Positions 34,301 to 46,035 of a stretch of DNA of 64,000 nucleotides are shown one piece after another. The stretch spans positions 104,260 to 168,259 of the forward strand of contig NMRA01000750.1 of NCBI GenBank assembly GCA_002633005.1, written 5' to 3'. This DNA comes from Phoronis australis (Eukaryota; Animalia; Phoronida). A program made the position numbers and the translations under genes. The notes under the pieces are model-generated. The model ran no database searches. It was given only the letters and a program-made list of their open reading frames with translations, and had not been told where the DNA came from. The first letter of the stretch is position 1; each line of letters begins with the position of its first letter.

Positions 34301-37300
34301 ATGAGTTACCGTAGTTGGTTTCCCTCGATTCACTTGTGTGTTCCATCCATTAAATTACTTTTATTACATCGGAAAAATGTTCGTGTGGGCACTTGTTAAG
34401 TTCTGTGCTTGTGCCGTTAGACCAGGTCAGTAAAGCCGCGGTTTCCGCTCCGCACAGTGTCACATACTCAGGGTGCGGTATTCTTAGTCACGATTTGCTA
34501 CATGTTTGACTGCAAATCCTTTCAGTTATCACTTACATCAATTAATTAACGGGAGTTAATTATATCCCTGTCCTTATAAAATACATGTACTTTTAGATTT
34601 CTAGGTATAAACATGGGGTAAAATTTCATCTCTTGGTACACAAACATGTGCCACAATTTTCCAATTTGGCCAGGTATAAATATGGGCTCCAATTTGGAAG
34701 CCCAGGCCACACCCTCCCTACCTTGAAAAAGACGAGTGTCCCCCCTCCCCTTGGCCCTGGAGTCGACATAGCTGGGTTGATCGCACGTTGTTAAACAACG
34801 GAACACACTGCCTAATGAAAAGGTATAGCAGTCGATGTCAGACTCAAAATATGTTACATCAATAACGCAATGAATTTCCCAAACATGGTGTTGCAACATT
34901 AAGACTGGCCGCAGTATGTGTTTTTTCACATCAAGCCTCGCAACGTGTGAATTTACTTTCAATTTTTTCAAGTGATGTCCACTAAAGATCCCGTAACACT
35001 CTATGTAACATTCGTAGTCTCCGTGCAATATCCCTCCACCTGCTTAATTGTCAACTATGTCATATCTTTCGATGACTTTGACCACACTAGTAGTATCAAG
35101 TCTGTACATCAGGGTTTAATTGTCAACTATGTCATATCTTTCAATGACTTTGACCACACAAGTAGTATCAAATATGTACATCAGGGTTTAATTGTCAACT
35201 ATGTTATATCTTTCAATGACTTTGACCACACTAGTAGTATCAAGTATGTACATCAGGGTTTAATTGTCAACTATGTCATGTCTTTCAGTGACTTTGACCA
35301 CACTAGTAGTATCAAGTACCATATGTACATCAGGGTTTAATTGTCAACTATGTCATATCTTTCAATGACTTTGACCACACTAGTAGTATCAAGTATGTAC
35401 ATCAGGGTTTAACTGTCAACTATGTCATATCTTTCAATGACTTTGACCACACTAGTAGTATAAAGTATGTACATCAGGGTTTAACTGTCAACTATGTCAT
35501 ATCTTTCAATGACTTTGACCACACTAGTAGTATCAAGTATGTACATCAGGGTTTCCACTGGGTTTCGAAAGGAGTGTGGTGGTGAATGGCCAAAACGGCG
35601 TGCAAAGCCCATTGCCGCACGCGAATATGACAAGTGGGATCCCCCTATTGAATGCTTGACGTGGATGTGGAACCCGGCGCCACAAGCGAGCATGCGATGA
35701 AGTGAGATCCTCTCATATGGGGGGGTGGTTGGGAGACCTTCCCCAGGCGGAATTTGAAAAACTAGAGGTAATTGGTTGCAGTTTGGTGCATTATACAAGT
35801 TTACTCATCATTGTTAAGACCTTAACCCGAGCATCATGTAATGGAAGTATCTGGGTAAAGAATACTTTGCGAGACAAAACCAATGAAGAGTTCGTCAAAG
35901 CGTGATCGCTGGTGAGACACAGTTGTAGACACACGTGATTACAAAAAAACTGTTAAAATTCAATTATCCATGATGTGACGAACGTAGAACAAAAAATATT
36001 TGAACTTTTTAGATGCAGTAAACTAATTCGTTTTACGAAACTTCCGTTGATATTGTATGGCTAAACATAAATCTGTAATAGTGTTGGCCGGCATAGCAGA
36101 CGATGTATAATCGAGTCCATGCAGACGAACCTGAGACTGGTTTCCATTCTATACCGTCATTTTGGCCCAAGGCTATGGTTGATTAAATAGTTGAATGTCA
36201 AGCCCTGCAGTATAATTCACATCACTGTACAATATCTTTTGTAAACTCTGACACGATAAAATGAACGAAGGAGAAAGCTTACTGTTCTTACTTCATCAGC
36301 GAGCCCTGGCGCTTCGTCATTTTAGAAAATTCGTATCGAGGTCGTTGAATGGTCCATGGCTGCATTAAGTTTATGGGCATTGTCGGATAACCAGGCAGCA
36401 ATGAGGTACGGAAGGGTATTGAATGATTGTGTTTAATGGGGGCACAATGCAAGAGCCCATTGTAAAATTATTATTTTCCTGTTCGATCCAAAAACGGCAA
36501 AAGAGCCGTGTGACTTGTGCTTATTCATTATCACTAGCGATCATTTTTACTAGCAATTATTTATACTTGCGATTCTTTTTACTAGCAATCATTTTACTAG
36601 CGATCATTTTTAGTAGTGATCATTTTTACTAGTGATCATTTACTAGCCATCATTTTTACTAGCGATCATTTTCACTAGCGATTTTTGAGTGGCGGTGAAG
36701 TTTCCCCGTCATGATTAGGTGCGTGGCTGTCAATTTGAGTATGATTTATGAGTGGCGGGGCCAAAAAGGAGCGTGGCACGCCGGCCAGAAGTTTACACAC
36801 AGCCACAGGGGAAACCCTGTTCATTGATAGTCGGATTTTAAACAATAACAGCAAAAAGTATTTATAACAATGTGACTTAGATGTTTTATTTAGCGCGAGG
36901 TGTTGTAATCGTCAACATCATTCGTCCTTTATCTTTCTGTGGTGTCTTGTAATTTGTCAGTTTTATGGTTCCCCGGATGCTTCTTTTATTTAAACTGTTG
37001 GCAGGAACTCTGCTGGCAGTAATCCTGCTGGCAGTCTTTCAGCAAGCAATCAGAATGGCAGGGATGGGCACCTGGATTGGGTTTTACTGAAGCTTGAATA
37101 GCTGTGTTTTAACCGGTGAGTACTTCTACACATTGTGTACCTAATTATCGCACGGAACCTAAATATCGGACATTTCATAGAATCTTACTTGAAGCATAAT
37201 CTGAGAATTAAATGACACCAGTTTTTGTTCCGTTGTAAGAGTCCTATAGGAGCTCTATCGTCTGTACTGGCTGCGGCAGCAGAGAGACAATGGTCATTCT

Positions 37301-37442
37301 CTATGCCACGGCCTGGGCCAGCTACTGAGCTAGAGGACTAGACAGAGATCTGAGTTGACTGAGTGTCTACTGTTACCCCTTACAATAATCAGGGCAGTTC
37401 TACTTACCCACTATTGTTTATAATAAAAAGACTGTGTATCAT
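18904..37442 (-). CDS. AP3M1: AP-3 complex subunit mu (AP3M1/AP3M2 orthologue), 12 coding exons, 418 aa (420 with exon 11b)
   Basis: Exons 37442-37408 (MIHSLFIINNSG), 33276-33198, 31276-31171, 30028-29916, 28789-28665, 27795-27636, 25850-25663, 25170-25065, 24082-23924, 22992-22942, one of three exon-11 variants, and 18969-18904 (KYKPFKGVKYVTKAGRFQVRT*). All GT-AG with consistent phases, 1257 nt. Hallmarks: VPPLFVIEFLHRV, EMLDNGFPLATESNILKELIKPP, IPWRRTGVKYTNNEAYFDV, DDVSFHPCVRFKRWESERVLSFVPPDGNFRL. Confidence 0.95.
19536..19604 (-). CDS. AP3M1: AP3M alternative exon 11c (VKYHINSVAVSGLRVNRVDMYGE)
   Basis: Acceptor ttttag, donor gag|gtatga, 69 nt, phase 0/0. Confidence 0.85.
20148..20222 (-). 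CDS. AP3M1: AP3M alternative exon 11b (VNFVINGLVSAMSGLKVNRMDMFAE)
   Basis: Acceptor ttgcag, donor gag|gtagca, 75 nt, phase 0/0. Confidence 0.85.
21144..21212 (-). CDS. AP3M1: AP3M alternative exon 11a (LYFHITTVAISGNRINRLDMYGE)
   Basis: Acceptor ttccag, donor gag|gtactc, 69 nt, phase 0/0, homologous to the SGLKVNRLDMYGE segment of mu3. Confidence 0.85.
22286..22336. repeat. (TG)n / (TGCG)n microsatellite
   Basis: Direct reading. Confidence 0.9.
26100..27420. repeat. Degenerate ~150-bp tandem units of a Helentron-associated / pearl-like element
   Basis: Recurring motifs ccactaggggg / cattaggggg and ccaaatttcat(g/a)aa at semi-regular spacing. The same architecture occurs at 60790-61626. Confidence 0.5.
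29030..29630 (+). mobile_element. Degraded Penelope-like retroelement, 3' part (GIY-YIG endonuclease)
   Basis: Translates to CLPYISRINEKL, YEIPCECGESYIGEQSRPLEIRIAEHK (from ~29329) and KRKIKEAMYM, with frameshifts. Confidence 0.8.
29663..29745 (+). mobile_element. tRNA-derived SINE-like head
   Basis: A box tggtgtagtgg, B box ggattcaaatcc. No intact cloverleaf. Confidence 0.5.
30745..31142. mobile_element. MITE ending about 28 bp from the AP3M exon-3 donor
   Basis: TIR gggcccggtctctaatctttgtactcgaaa / tttcgagtaaaaagattggagaccgggccc. Confidence 0.8.
32772..33204. repeat. 54-bp minisatellite, ~8 copies, overlapping the AP3M exon-2 donor
   Basis: Unit ctggttctcaaactgcggtaccactagaagtaaccattgccactttaccttcct, with tggttctc/tgcttctc at 32773, 32827, 32881, 32935, 32989, 33043, 33097, 33151. 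Confidence 0.95.
35044..35552. repeat. 72-bp minisatellite, 7 copies
   Basis: Unit ttaattgtcaactatgtcatatctttcaatgactttgaccacactagtagtatcaagtatgtacatcagggt starting at 35044, 35116, 35188, 35260, 35337, 35409, 35481. One unit carries a 5-bp insertion. Confidence 0.95.
35547..36819. mobile_element. hAT-like non-autonomous element with an internal ~17-bp tandem repeat
   Basis: TIR cagggtttcc / ggaaaccctg, flanks tacat / ttcat (4/5 match), and an internal (actagcgatcattttt)n array at ~36530-36685. Confidence 0.6.
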
Positions 37443-37600
37443 TGTAGAACAGTAGATTAACTTTAACAAGACAACAAACTTCCAACTTCCTGAAGCTGAA
37501 CCGGAAAAGGTTGGCTCAATGTTGCGCATGTGCGTTTACTACATAAGCCAACACTCGCTGCTCGCTGGTTCCCTGCGTGCCGCTAGGTGGTAGCCAACAT
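37443..37600 (-). promoter_or_regulatory. Probable AP3M 5' UTR / core promoter
   Basis: Immediately upstream of the ATG, with NRF1-like gcgcatgtgcg (~37523) and ETS-like ccggaa (37501) motifs. Confidence 0.4.
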
Positions 37601-37672
37601 GCTTGTCTCCTGCACAGACTCTCTAGATTGGTTGGGACGAGACGACAGCGTGTGAGACCCGGAACCCGGTTA

Positions 37673-39890
37673 CAGAAGCGGATCTACGGGGGNGGGGTTC
37701 ACTCTGAAAATATAGTTTTTTGCATTGTGAATTGCTGAGTCTTTGTGGCTCATCGGCAAAACGCGCGGGGAATTATTGCGCGCGCGCTTCCGTCGACACT
37801 TCTGAAGTAGCCAAGCATTTTAGATGGATTCACCGCTGAAAGAGCAGTTCTATAGCTGATTTCTTTAGGCCGGTAACTAGCTTCTTTACTCTAAGATATA
37901 TTTTGATTTGATTAGGGGAAATTCTGCGGTGCCGCAACCCCGATATTCAGGCGAATTGGCGTGCAACGTTTTTACCTCATCTGTCATGCCGTGTCATTCT
38001 ATTTGTAACTGGTGTATAGTAAAGTTGTCTTGAGCAATATCATACAGTGTACATGTACATGTAATATTTTTGAAAAAAAAATCTTTTTCCGAAGAATTGC
38101 TATTGTGGCGGGCGCCGTGGTCTAGTCGCGAGTCCGTTTTAAGACACACTCTATAACAAGTTATGTCTAAAGAATGACCAAGGGGGCACTCACATTGAGA
38201 AAGTCATTGACCGCATTCGCGAATAGTGTACAGTACCAGAAATTGCGGGGAGGCTGTTCTTTCACATCAAAGTCTTGCGGGACTCGTGCGATGTTCAATA
38301 GGACTCCTAAGGAGCCCTAGTTCCGACCTCAACACCTACCGTCTGTCTACCTGCAGTAAGCACATTGCCGTCTTCTATACTGGGAATTTCCGCAGAAAGG
38401 CTCACCCGATGAAACGCTCATGCCCATTAGGCATTTATTTGATATTAGTACTTCGGGTTTCAAGCGTTCAGACATTGGGACGTTTATTTCGAAAATTGCA
38501 AGAGATGCAAATAGGTCCTGGGATTCTTCGTCAAGGTTTGAAGTAGTCCATTATGAACGGATCAAATTTAGTTGCGCATGTGAGTCTTTTGAATGGATTT
38601 GGCAACCTCAAGGGTCTTAGTGTCAACTGAGCTGCGAAACGAGATGCTGACATTGTAGAGGCTTACAAGCTCATTGACACAGCAGTTGACGAAGTGCAAG
38701 CGTTGGGAACATACATCGAAGATATCTGGGTAGAATGGTTCCAAGACAAGCAAATCATTGAATACAAATTCCTCGTCAGTCTAGACAACAGAATGATAGG
38801 ACTAACGTATGAGTAACCACTGGGGATTAAAACTTTAGAGAGAAGTTTTCAATTCAAAATTTTTTGCATAGTACACTTAAGGTCTCGCGACGGACCAGGC
38901 CAGCTTGATTTGTGAAGATGTTGAGTTTCAGTTTACTTCTGGTCCCTCGGCGAACTAGTCTTGGGATTTTTTTTACCAAAGTGTGCTTTGTAAAACTATT
39001 TATCTCAGCCAGTACTGTTAGGTCCCGCGACAGATCGACTATTTTTATACGTATGATAAGCACAGGTCAGTGTACTCTTGGTCTCGTGACGGACCAGGCC
39101 AGCTTTTTGTGTACTCTCAGTGTACATCTGGTCCCTCTGCAAACTAGTCCAGTGTATCTTTTCACCACTGTGCACAGGATGTTTTGGTTTCGTGAAACTG
39201 TTTTCAGATGATTTGTTTCCTGGTAGATTTGACGTTTTTCAATTGTTGTCAACGTGATTCAGCTTAATAAAGTGATACCTAATTATTTATTGTCGCTTTT
39301 AATAATAGACTATGAGTTGAGAGCACCATCGTTCGCCAGTTTTTCTCGTAACGAGACAGAACACATGTTTATTTCCGGACTAACAGTACAGGTCTTCGTT
39401 CTTAAACAACTTGAGGCTGCTGTTACGCGACCATCTGATATTCAAGTTTTTTCGCCCCGTCGGTGCTCCTTACTAGAATTATGCTCTTGAATATTTGGAA
39501 ATTGTCTAGACCCCTGTATATACACCACACTTTTTCGTATATGACTTTTCGTATGCTAAAAAAGGTGTGTGTAAGCAGATGTTCCAACAAAAATTTTTGC
39601 TGGTGGCGTGACTCATACCCAGATGTGCACAATATGGTTTCACGAAACTTATGTGCCCAGTTCATGTGACGAAATCGAGAACGGTTTTTAATTATCTTGA
39701 GAAAAACTCCAGCGACATGTTAAGTGACAGAAACTTACCAGGATGCATGGAAATTTCACTATTTGGCTACAAAAACAAAAAAAAATATCCCCCCCTCCCG
39801 ACCTCCCCCCGCTCGGCGCTACGCGCCTAGGATTCGACCTTGGCGGGAATCCTAAACCCCCCCGTTGCTGAAAACGTAGATCCGCCACTG
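37673..39890 (+). mobile_element. Degraded hAT (Tip100 / PRKRIR-like) transposon with 5-bp TSD
   Basis: TIR cagaagcggatctacg / cgtagatccgccactg with ggtta on both sides. Internal fragments translate to NLKGLSV, RDADIVEAYKLIDTAVDEVQAL, VEWFQD and IPRQSRQQNDRTNV, typical of PRKRIR/ZMYM1-type hAT transposases. Confidence 0.75.
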
Positions 39891-41180
39891 GGTTATCTGT
39901 GTACTATATACTCTAATACCAGAGTCTTCTCAGTGAGGCGTGTCGCTGACTATTCGGTCGCAGTGTTGGGTAACTTTATTTGTCTACTGAAAGTTTTCCC
40001 CACGAGCGGAGTTTTAACCTATATTGTTCTTTTCAGATGACCGACGCCGGCCTTTATTTTAGTATCAGCCCAGCCAGGGTACAATAAATTAACGACAACG
40101 GTATCTCAGAACAAGAGATTGTCTTAGCTCAAGCCCTCTAGTGAATGAAAATATACTGAAAAAGAAGAAACCCGACAAAATTATGGTTCCTCGTTCGGTG
40201 TAGCCTCACAAATCGACTCGGACTCTGAGCAGGCAGGTAGAGCCTACGTATTTGCTCAGTCCTCGCCTCAGTGGCACAAACGGTATTAACTTGGCCGCTG
40301 ACTTGCTAAAACCGTCCTCTGTCAGTAGAAGTTTCTTAATTCGACAACAAATCGCGACAGTTGACCTATGACTCAAAATTAAGACAAGTCACATGCCATT
40401 CCGCGACTGCATGACGGCAATCGTGCATTCGGTAATTCAAGTAAACTCCTGGGAGGTCATGCCGTGAATAATACACGAAAGTCACGCATTTCTAAAGATA
40501 TGCGTGACTTTTCACTGCTCGTCCTTCTCAGAAGTGAGCGGCTTATCATACCGGTATCAAAGATAGCCGGCGTGCTAGCAACTAGACCCAATTTTGTGTA
40601 ATTACCCGACCATAAACTGCACTACGGCCTAAACATCTCTTCCTGTACATACTGGCGAATTTTCAAAATGCATTAACCAACAGTTTTCGTTGAAAACAAC
40701 CTCAGCTGTATTGGATGAAAAAAACGACCAAGTCTGGTTTTCGATTTTTAAATATCGATGAACTATTACGCTGAAAAACTACAAACATTGGGTACGATTG
40801 AAGATAAACGACTGTGCGTATTGATATAGTCGCTGATTTACAAATGCTGATCAGAGTTAAAAATATCCCGTGGAATATTACTAAGCTACATTGAAACATT
40901 TATAAACAACACACGGTGACGAAATTAGATGTCAACTTTTAAAACATCGCTTAGGCCTATATGGTGGCACTGAACAGTTAGACTGCGGCCGCGGCCAATT
41001 TGCACTACCAAAATATTAAAATATATGGGTAGGCCAGGCTTGGGGGCATTTTTTAGTTAGGTATTGTATGTACGCCAAGTGAATGTGGTTTGTTTGTATT
41101 TGTGAATATGCTGAGAATTAAAAAGAGCACTTTCTTGGCTGTAGCTGCACTTTTCTTCAACGGAAGATGGTGGCCCCTTG

Positions 41181-41333
41181 TTGGCGGATTTAGAGGGGGC
41201 CAAGGGGGCCATGGCCCTCCTAAAATTCTCCCAGATTCCATGTGGCAGTTGGGGACTGCGAATGTCTGTGACGGGCAAAATCATGGCTTCTCTGCTGTGG
41301 CCGACCTAACTCAAAATCCTGGATCCGCCCCTG
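41181..41333. mobile_element. Short hAT-like MITE (same family as 8357-8520)
   Basis: ggcggatttagagggggccaagggggcc...ggatccgcccctg. Confidence 0.6.
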
Positions 41334-43038
41334 CTAGTGGTGACTTTAGTTGAGCATTGGCAGGGAAGTGGTGGTTTTGGGGTGAAAAGTACCAATTTTG
41401 CATTTTTTTTTGCCCTAATTTTTCTTAGTGTAGTGTGGTTTCAACTGTGAGTAAAAGGGTTAAAAATACAAGAGAGAACAAAGTTTCTGTGCTCATCTGT
41501 TAGGCTTGTGATACAATGTATGTGAAATGACTCAAAGCTTTTCATTATCTGCATGCAGTTTTTGACAGAATGAAGAAAGGGTGAAGAGTCCATTGACGTG
41601 TGTTCTGATAGGCAAACCTCTGTGAGAACTGTTCAGTGCGTGCTGAATTACTTTACTCGAGGAGTAAGACACTAACCGAAAAACTGACATTCGCGGAAAT
41701 GCGCCAACTTCGATAGTTAGCTTGTAGTTGTAATGGAACACGTGTGAAGACAAGAAGATGGCTAGCTTTGTAGTCAACACGAGAGAGTGGAAGCAATGGA
41801 TGAGGTTGGTCGGTGGGCAAGAGCTGTGATTTCATTTTCATGACTGAGGAAAAGCTAGAATAGTTATGTAGTTACTTCAACCAAAATTGTCCAGAGGTTC
41901 CAAATCTTCAGTTTGGCAATCACCATATTTGCGCTTTTGTTTATTTTTTTTATTTGAGTTCTAATAAAGATTGAACTTGAACTAATGACACGTGTAGTTT
42001 TGTTTGCTGTGACATGTTTGGTGTAGCTGTAATCTGGAAAATTCAGGGATGGGTTCAAATTAACTGACTTCTAAGTTAAGAAGAAAAAACAAGTAGACAG
42101 GAGTATTAAAAATAAAGTAATGAAAACAGGTATGAAACATATTTAAAACCAACGTTCCTTTGGGAAATGGTCCTTTGTCAAGATCAACGCAAACTAATTT
42201 TTTAGTCTTTGTAATATTTAAAATGTACCAAGCTGAAACTACTCTCCACACTGCAGGCTTTAACTCGGTGCCAAAGAAAACCAATTTGGGTGCAATAACA
42301 ACCACCATTGTTAAGAAAGCAGTGCTAGTTATTACTTTCCACTTCATTAGCTCACATTTACATCAGTGCAAAGGGCGTGATGATTAGGCATCATAAAAGT
42401 TGTCTGGGGCTTAGGGAATTAGAGCACTGACCAGTGCAAGCGAGAAATTCTCCACAGGCAATGTGCATCCTAGCGTAGTTCTTTTGTATATCTAATTTCC
42501 ATTCATAAAGTAAATCAATTGATTTTCAAAATAGGATAGAATCTTTTAAATATCAAATACTTTACAAAATGAGACTGATTGTTACTTACATTAGTACAAT
42601 TTTCGCCTAGAACAGGGTTCATTAATTGGTTTTCGCAGAATTCGTGAAATCATTCACTATTGATTGTTTAATGCAATGAATATTCGAACATGACTGAGTT
42701 TATTAAAAAGAATTGCATATTAAAGATAATCGATTTTCTATTTTCATAATTGCTATAGTCAGCACTAATAAAACTGTGATAGAGACTTAATCACTTGTGA
42801 ACGTTGAAGATAAACCAAAACTTCGACTTGATAAAAATTTATCTTGAATACGTCAAAGCGTTGTACACAACTTACTGCACAGAACTATTCACTGCCATGG
42901 GAATACTTTCAAAGAGAATCAGCCGTAACAATTTATGAAAAATACTTCTAGAGAATGAGTATCTGTTTGTTTTGCAATTCAACTTCATGTAGATGTGTGC
43001 TGTTTAGCAAGCTAACATTCTGTTTTTCCAGATCAGAC

Positions 43039-43625
43039 TATGTATTTATTCATGTATATATGTGTATGTAGTTGTGTATTTATGTGTATGTTTGTATTTA
43101 TGTATGTATGTATGTATGTATTTGTGTACTTATATATGTGTGTATTTATGTATGGCTACTGTTTTGTATTTTTCTGTTTATTTGTTATGTCTCTTGGTTT
43201 GTTACTTCATTCCTGCACACCAGAAGAAAGGAGACTATTCCGAAATTACGAAAGTACCAGTATCAAGCTCGCTAACAAAAAGTCTAGTTGTGTCTTTAAC
43301 GAAGTTTGTGTAAACGAAGGGCTACTACCGAACTATACTGATGTATGTATGTATGTATGTATGTATGTATGTATTTATGTATGTGTATGTATGTATTTAT
43401 GTATGAGTGTATTTATATATGTATGTATGTATGTATTTATAAAGAGCTACTGTTTTTTTGTTTTTCTGTTTATGTGTTATGTCTCTTGGTTTGTTACTTC
43501 ATTCCTGGACACCAGAAGAAAGGAGACTGTTCCGAAATTACGAACTTACCAGTATCAAGCTCGCTAACAAAAAGTCTAGTCGTGTCTTTAACGAAGTTTG
43601 TGTAAGCAAAGGGCTACTACCGATC

Positions 43626-43659
<34 letters not shown>

Positions 43660-43730
43660 TGTATGTATGTATGTATGTGTGTATAAGTGTACATTTGTAT
43701 ACATGTGTGTGTATATATATACATATATAC
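43039..43730 (+). repeat. (TATG)n microsatellite containing two copies of a Penelope-like 5' ORF fragment
   Basis: Copies at ~43187-43339 and ~43479-43628 encode MSLGLLLHSxTPEERRLFRNYExTSIKLANKKSSxVFNEVCVxxGLLPxY, resembling the FxxxCxxxxLxP N-terminal motif of Penelope-like ORFs. Confidence 0.65.
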
Positions 43731-43959
43731 ATGGATGATGTGTCTTACTTTTATTGATTATTTATTTCTGTTTTATTAAATATTTATATTCATATTCATA
43801 TTTTAGTTAATCATCTTGTCTTATTTTTATTATATTCTATCCATCATATTTTATTTTTTATTTTGTTTCATCGGTCTTTCCATGTTAATTTTTTATTATT
43901 TAAATATTGTCTTTCATTTTATTATCCTGTTAGTTTGTCTTACTGTCTGTATGTTTTTA

Positions 43960-44032
43960 CCGATGGCCCCCATGGAAAGCAGTGTGAACTGATGGGGTTA
44001 CTCTCCTTGTAAATATTGCATTAATAAATAAA
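43960..44032 (+). mobile_element. 3' tail of an L2/CR1-group LINE
   Basis: ggcccccatggaaagcagtgtgaactgatggggttactctccttgtaaat...aataaataaa, a stem-loop plus A-rich tail. Confidence 0.4.
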
Positions 44033-46035
44033 CGAATTTTCTTACCGGTTCATGTAGTATGCCTACGGCCGGTAAGAATCAAAAATAAAATAAATAATTT
44101 TGAACGAAAAGCAATAGACGACTTATTTTGAAAAGAAATTCGGCCGAGACTGCTCGTGGAAATCACAAACGTCGCACCAAATTCGATACGCTAAAATTTA
44201 CCGATAAGAGAACGCCACAAAGAAATGCTTATGAACGTCATACACCTTATTGTTGATAACAAGCTTAGGCAACAACTGAAAACTTAAACAAAGTCCGACT
44301 GAGCTCTCCTGTTACAAAATCAATAACTTTTCAATAGATATCCGAACAGCTTCCATTACTACCTAGTCGAATAACGTAGAAAATAAATCTGAAACTAAAT
44401 AAGACGATCCAGATCCTCTCAAGAATACTATTGTTTCATGAAATGTAGAATATATATATAGGTAAATAAAACAACAAGAATGGATCAACTGTAATAATAT
44501 CATCCTTCGTCAACAGAAACAGAAATAAAGTAAAATCAAACACTATATGACAATTGACATTTAAGATGTGGCGTAATGAATATAGTATGGACGTAACAAA
44601 AATATTCACTTTACCTTTTTATCTTAAAAAGCATAAAGATTTTATAGTGCTTTTGAAATCTTTTCAAACAAAAAAACTAATCGATTCCGTTAAGCCGTTC
44701 ATTTTCAATCGTCGTCTATGAAGTGAAACTACATGGGAACAATGAGATAAACTTAGCTCATTGCATGGGAGTACTAGCAGGCGTGAGTGTGACCGAATAT
44801 TAACTTTTTCCCAATAACTTTCTTAATACTTTACAGAGCAGCATCATTGCATTTACTTCATAACGAACATTCTTATGTAAAATGGCTGCTAATAGAGTCG
44901 CAAGTAGTGGTATTATTCAAGTTAATGAACCACAAGCTGTAATATATCAAAACTTTTCTGGAAAGGATGATCACGAAAAGCATTGTTTACATGATATTAA
45001 TAATACTTCCAAAATGGCTGCCAAAATGGCTTCCAAAATGGCGTCCAAGAACGCTTTTTTAATAGCCACCGAAAAAAATCTGGCTATCCTGCCATGTAAC
45101 ATACCAAATAGAAGGTCTTTTATGAACTACCAGAATATACAAATTGTTTTACTAATATTAAAATTTATTTTAATTAAAATGGTTACCAAGGCAATAACTC
45201 TCACAAACATGAATTATGCACTGGATGTCTATCACATCATATCACATGCAATAACTGACCAAAATTCTTTTAAGTGAAAGCTCCTGCTAATGCTTTATAA
45301 CATAACATTACCTTTTTGACAATGTCATGTCAATGATCTTATTGAACACAACCATGCAATGTAACCTAGATGTCATCTCATCACTTAGCAAACACTAACA
45401 ATTTTCTGTTCTCAATAGTATCTTTTTGACACTTCACCTATTGAGTAAAATGTTTTATTTGCAAAGCTATTGTCCTGAGAAAGGATTTGAGTTCTTGTAT
45501 AGTTTTCTTGTACTTTATCTTCTCAGCAAACTTCTTTTTAACACACTGAAACTGTCCCTTTAGTTTTGTTTCTTAAGCGTACGAAATTTCCGATTACAGG
45601 AACGTGTTCATGTCAGCGACAAGTACTCAAGTCAACGTGTTACATAACTTTTTGGTGTTGTTTACTACCACTTTCTCATAGAAGGTGATTAGTAATGCTT
45701 CCTATTCCTAGAACTGTTTGTGAACATATGTGAAGCCCTTATTTTAACATCTTTGAACATGCATCCTTATTTGTACATCTAATTTCATTGGTTGATTCTT
45801 GTATCTCTAGTCTCTCTCTATATATATTCCTTTCATTTATATCTCAAGTAGTAGTTGTCATTCCGCACTGATAGTGTGTTTGTTCAGTTTCTCGATCTGC
45901 AGTTAAGTTTATAACAATAGAGTTCTTTAGACTCAACTTCGTTGTTTCTAGCTGTTCCAACAAACCAGCTCTAAGTACCCAACCGAACCGCATTTGTCCT
46001 TGTACGCCACAACCAAATTCAGGTTCTGATTCTTA

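Noticed and set aside
34972-35552. Repetitive ORF and CRISPR-like regular spacing
   Set aside because: A head-to-tail 72-bp tandem repeat with no unique spacers, no cas genes, and a eukaryotic context.
43040-43757. Several hydrophobic MYVC-repeat ORFs
   Set aside because: Translations of the (TATG)n microsatellite.
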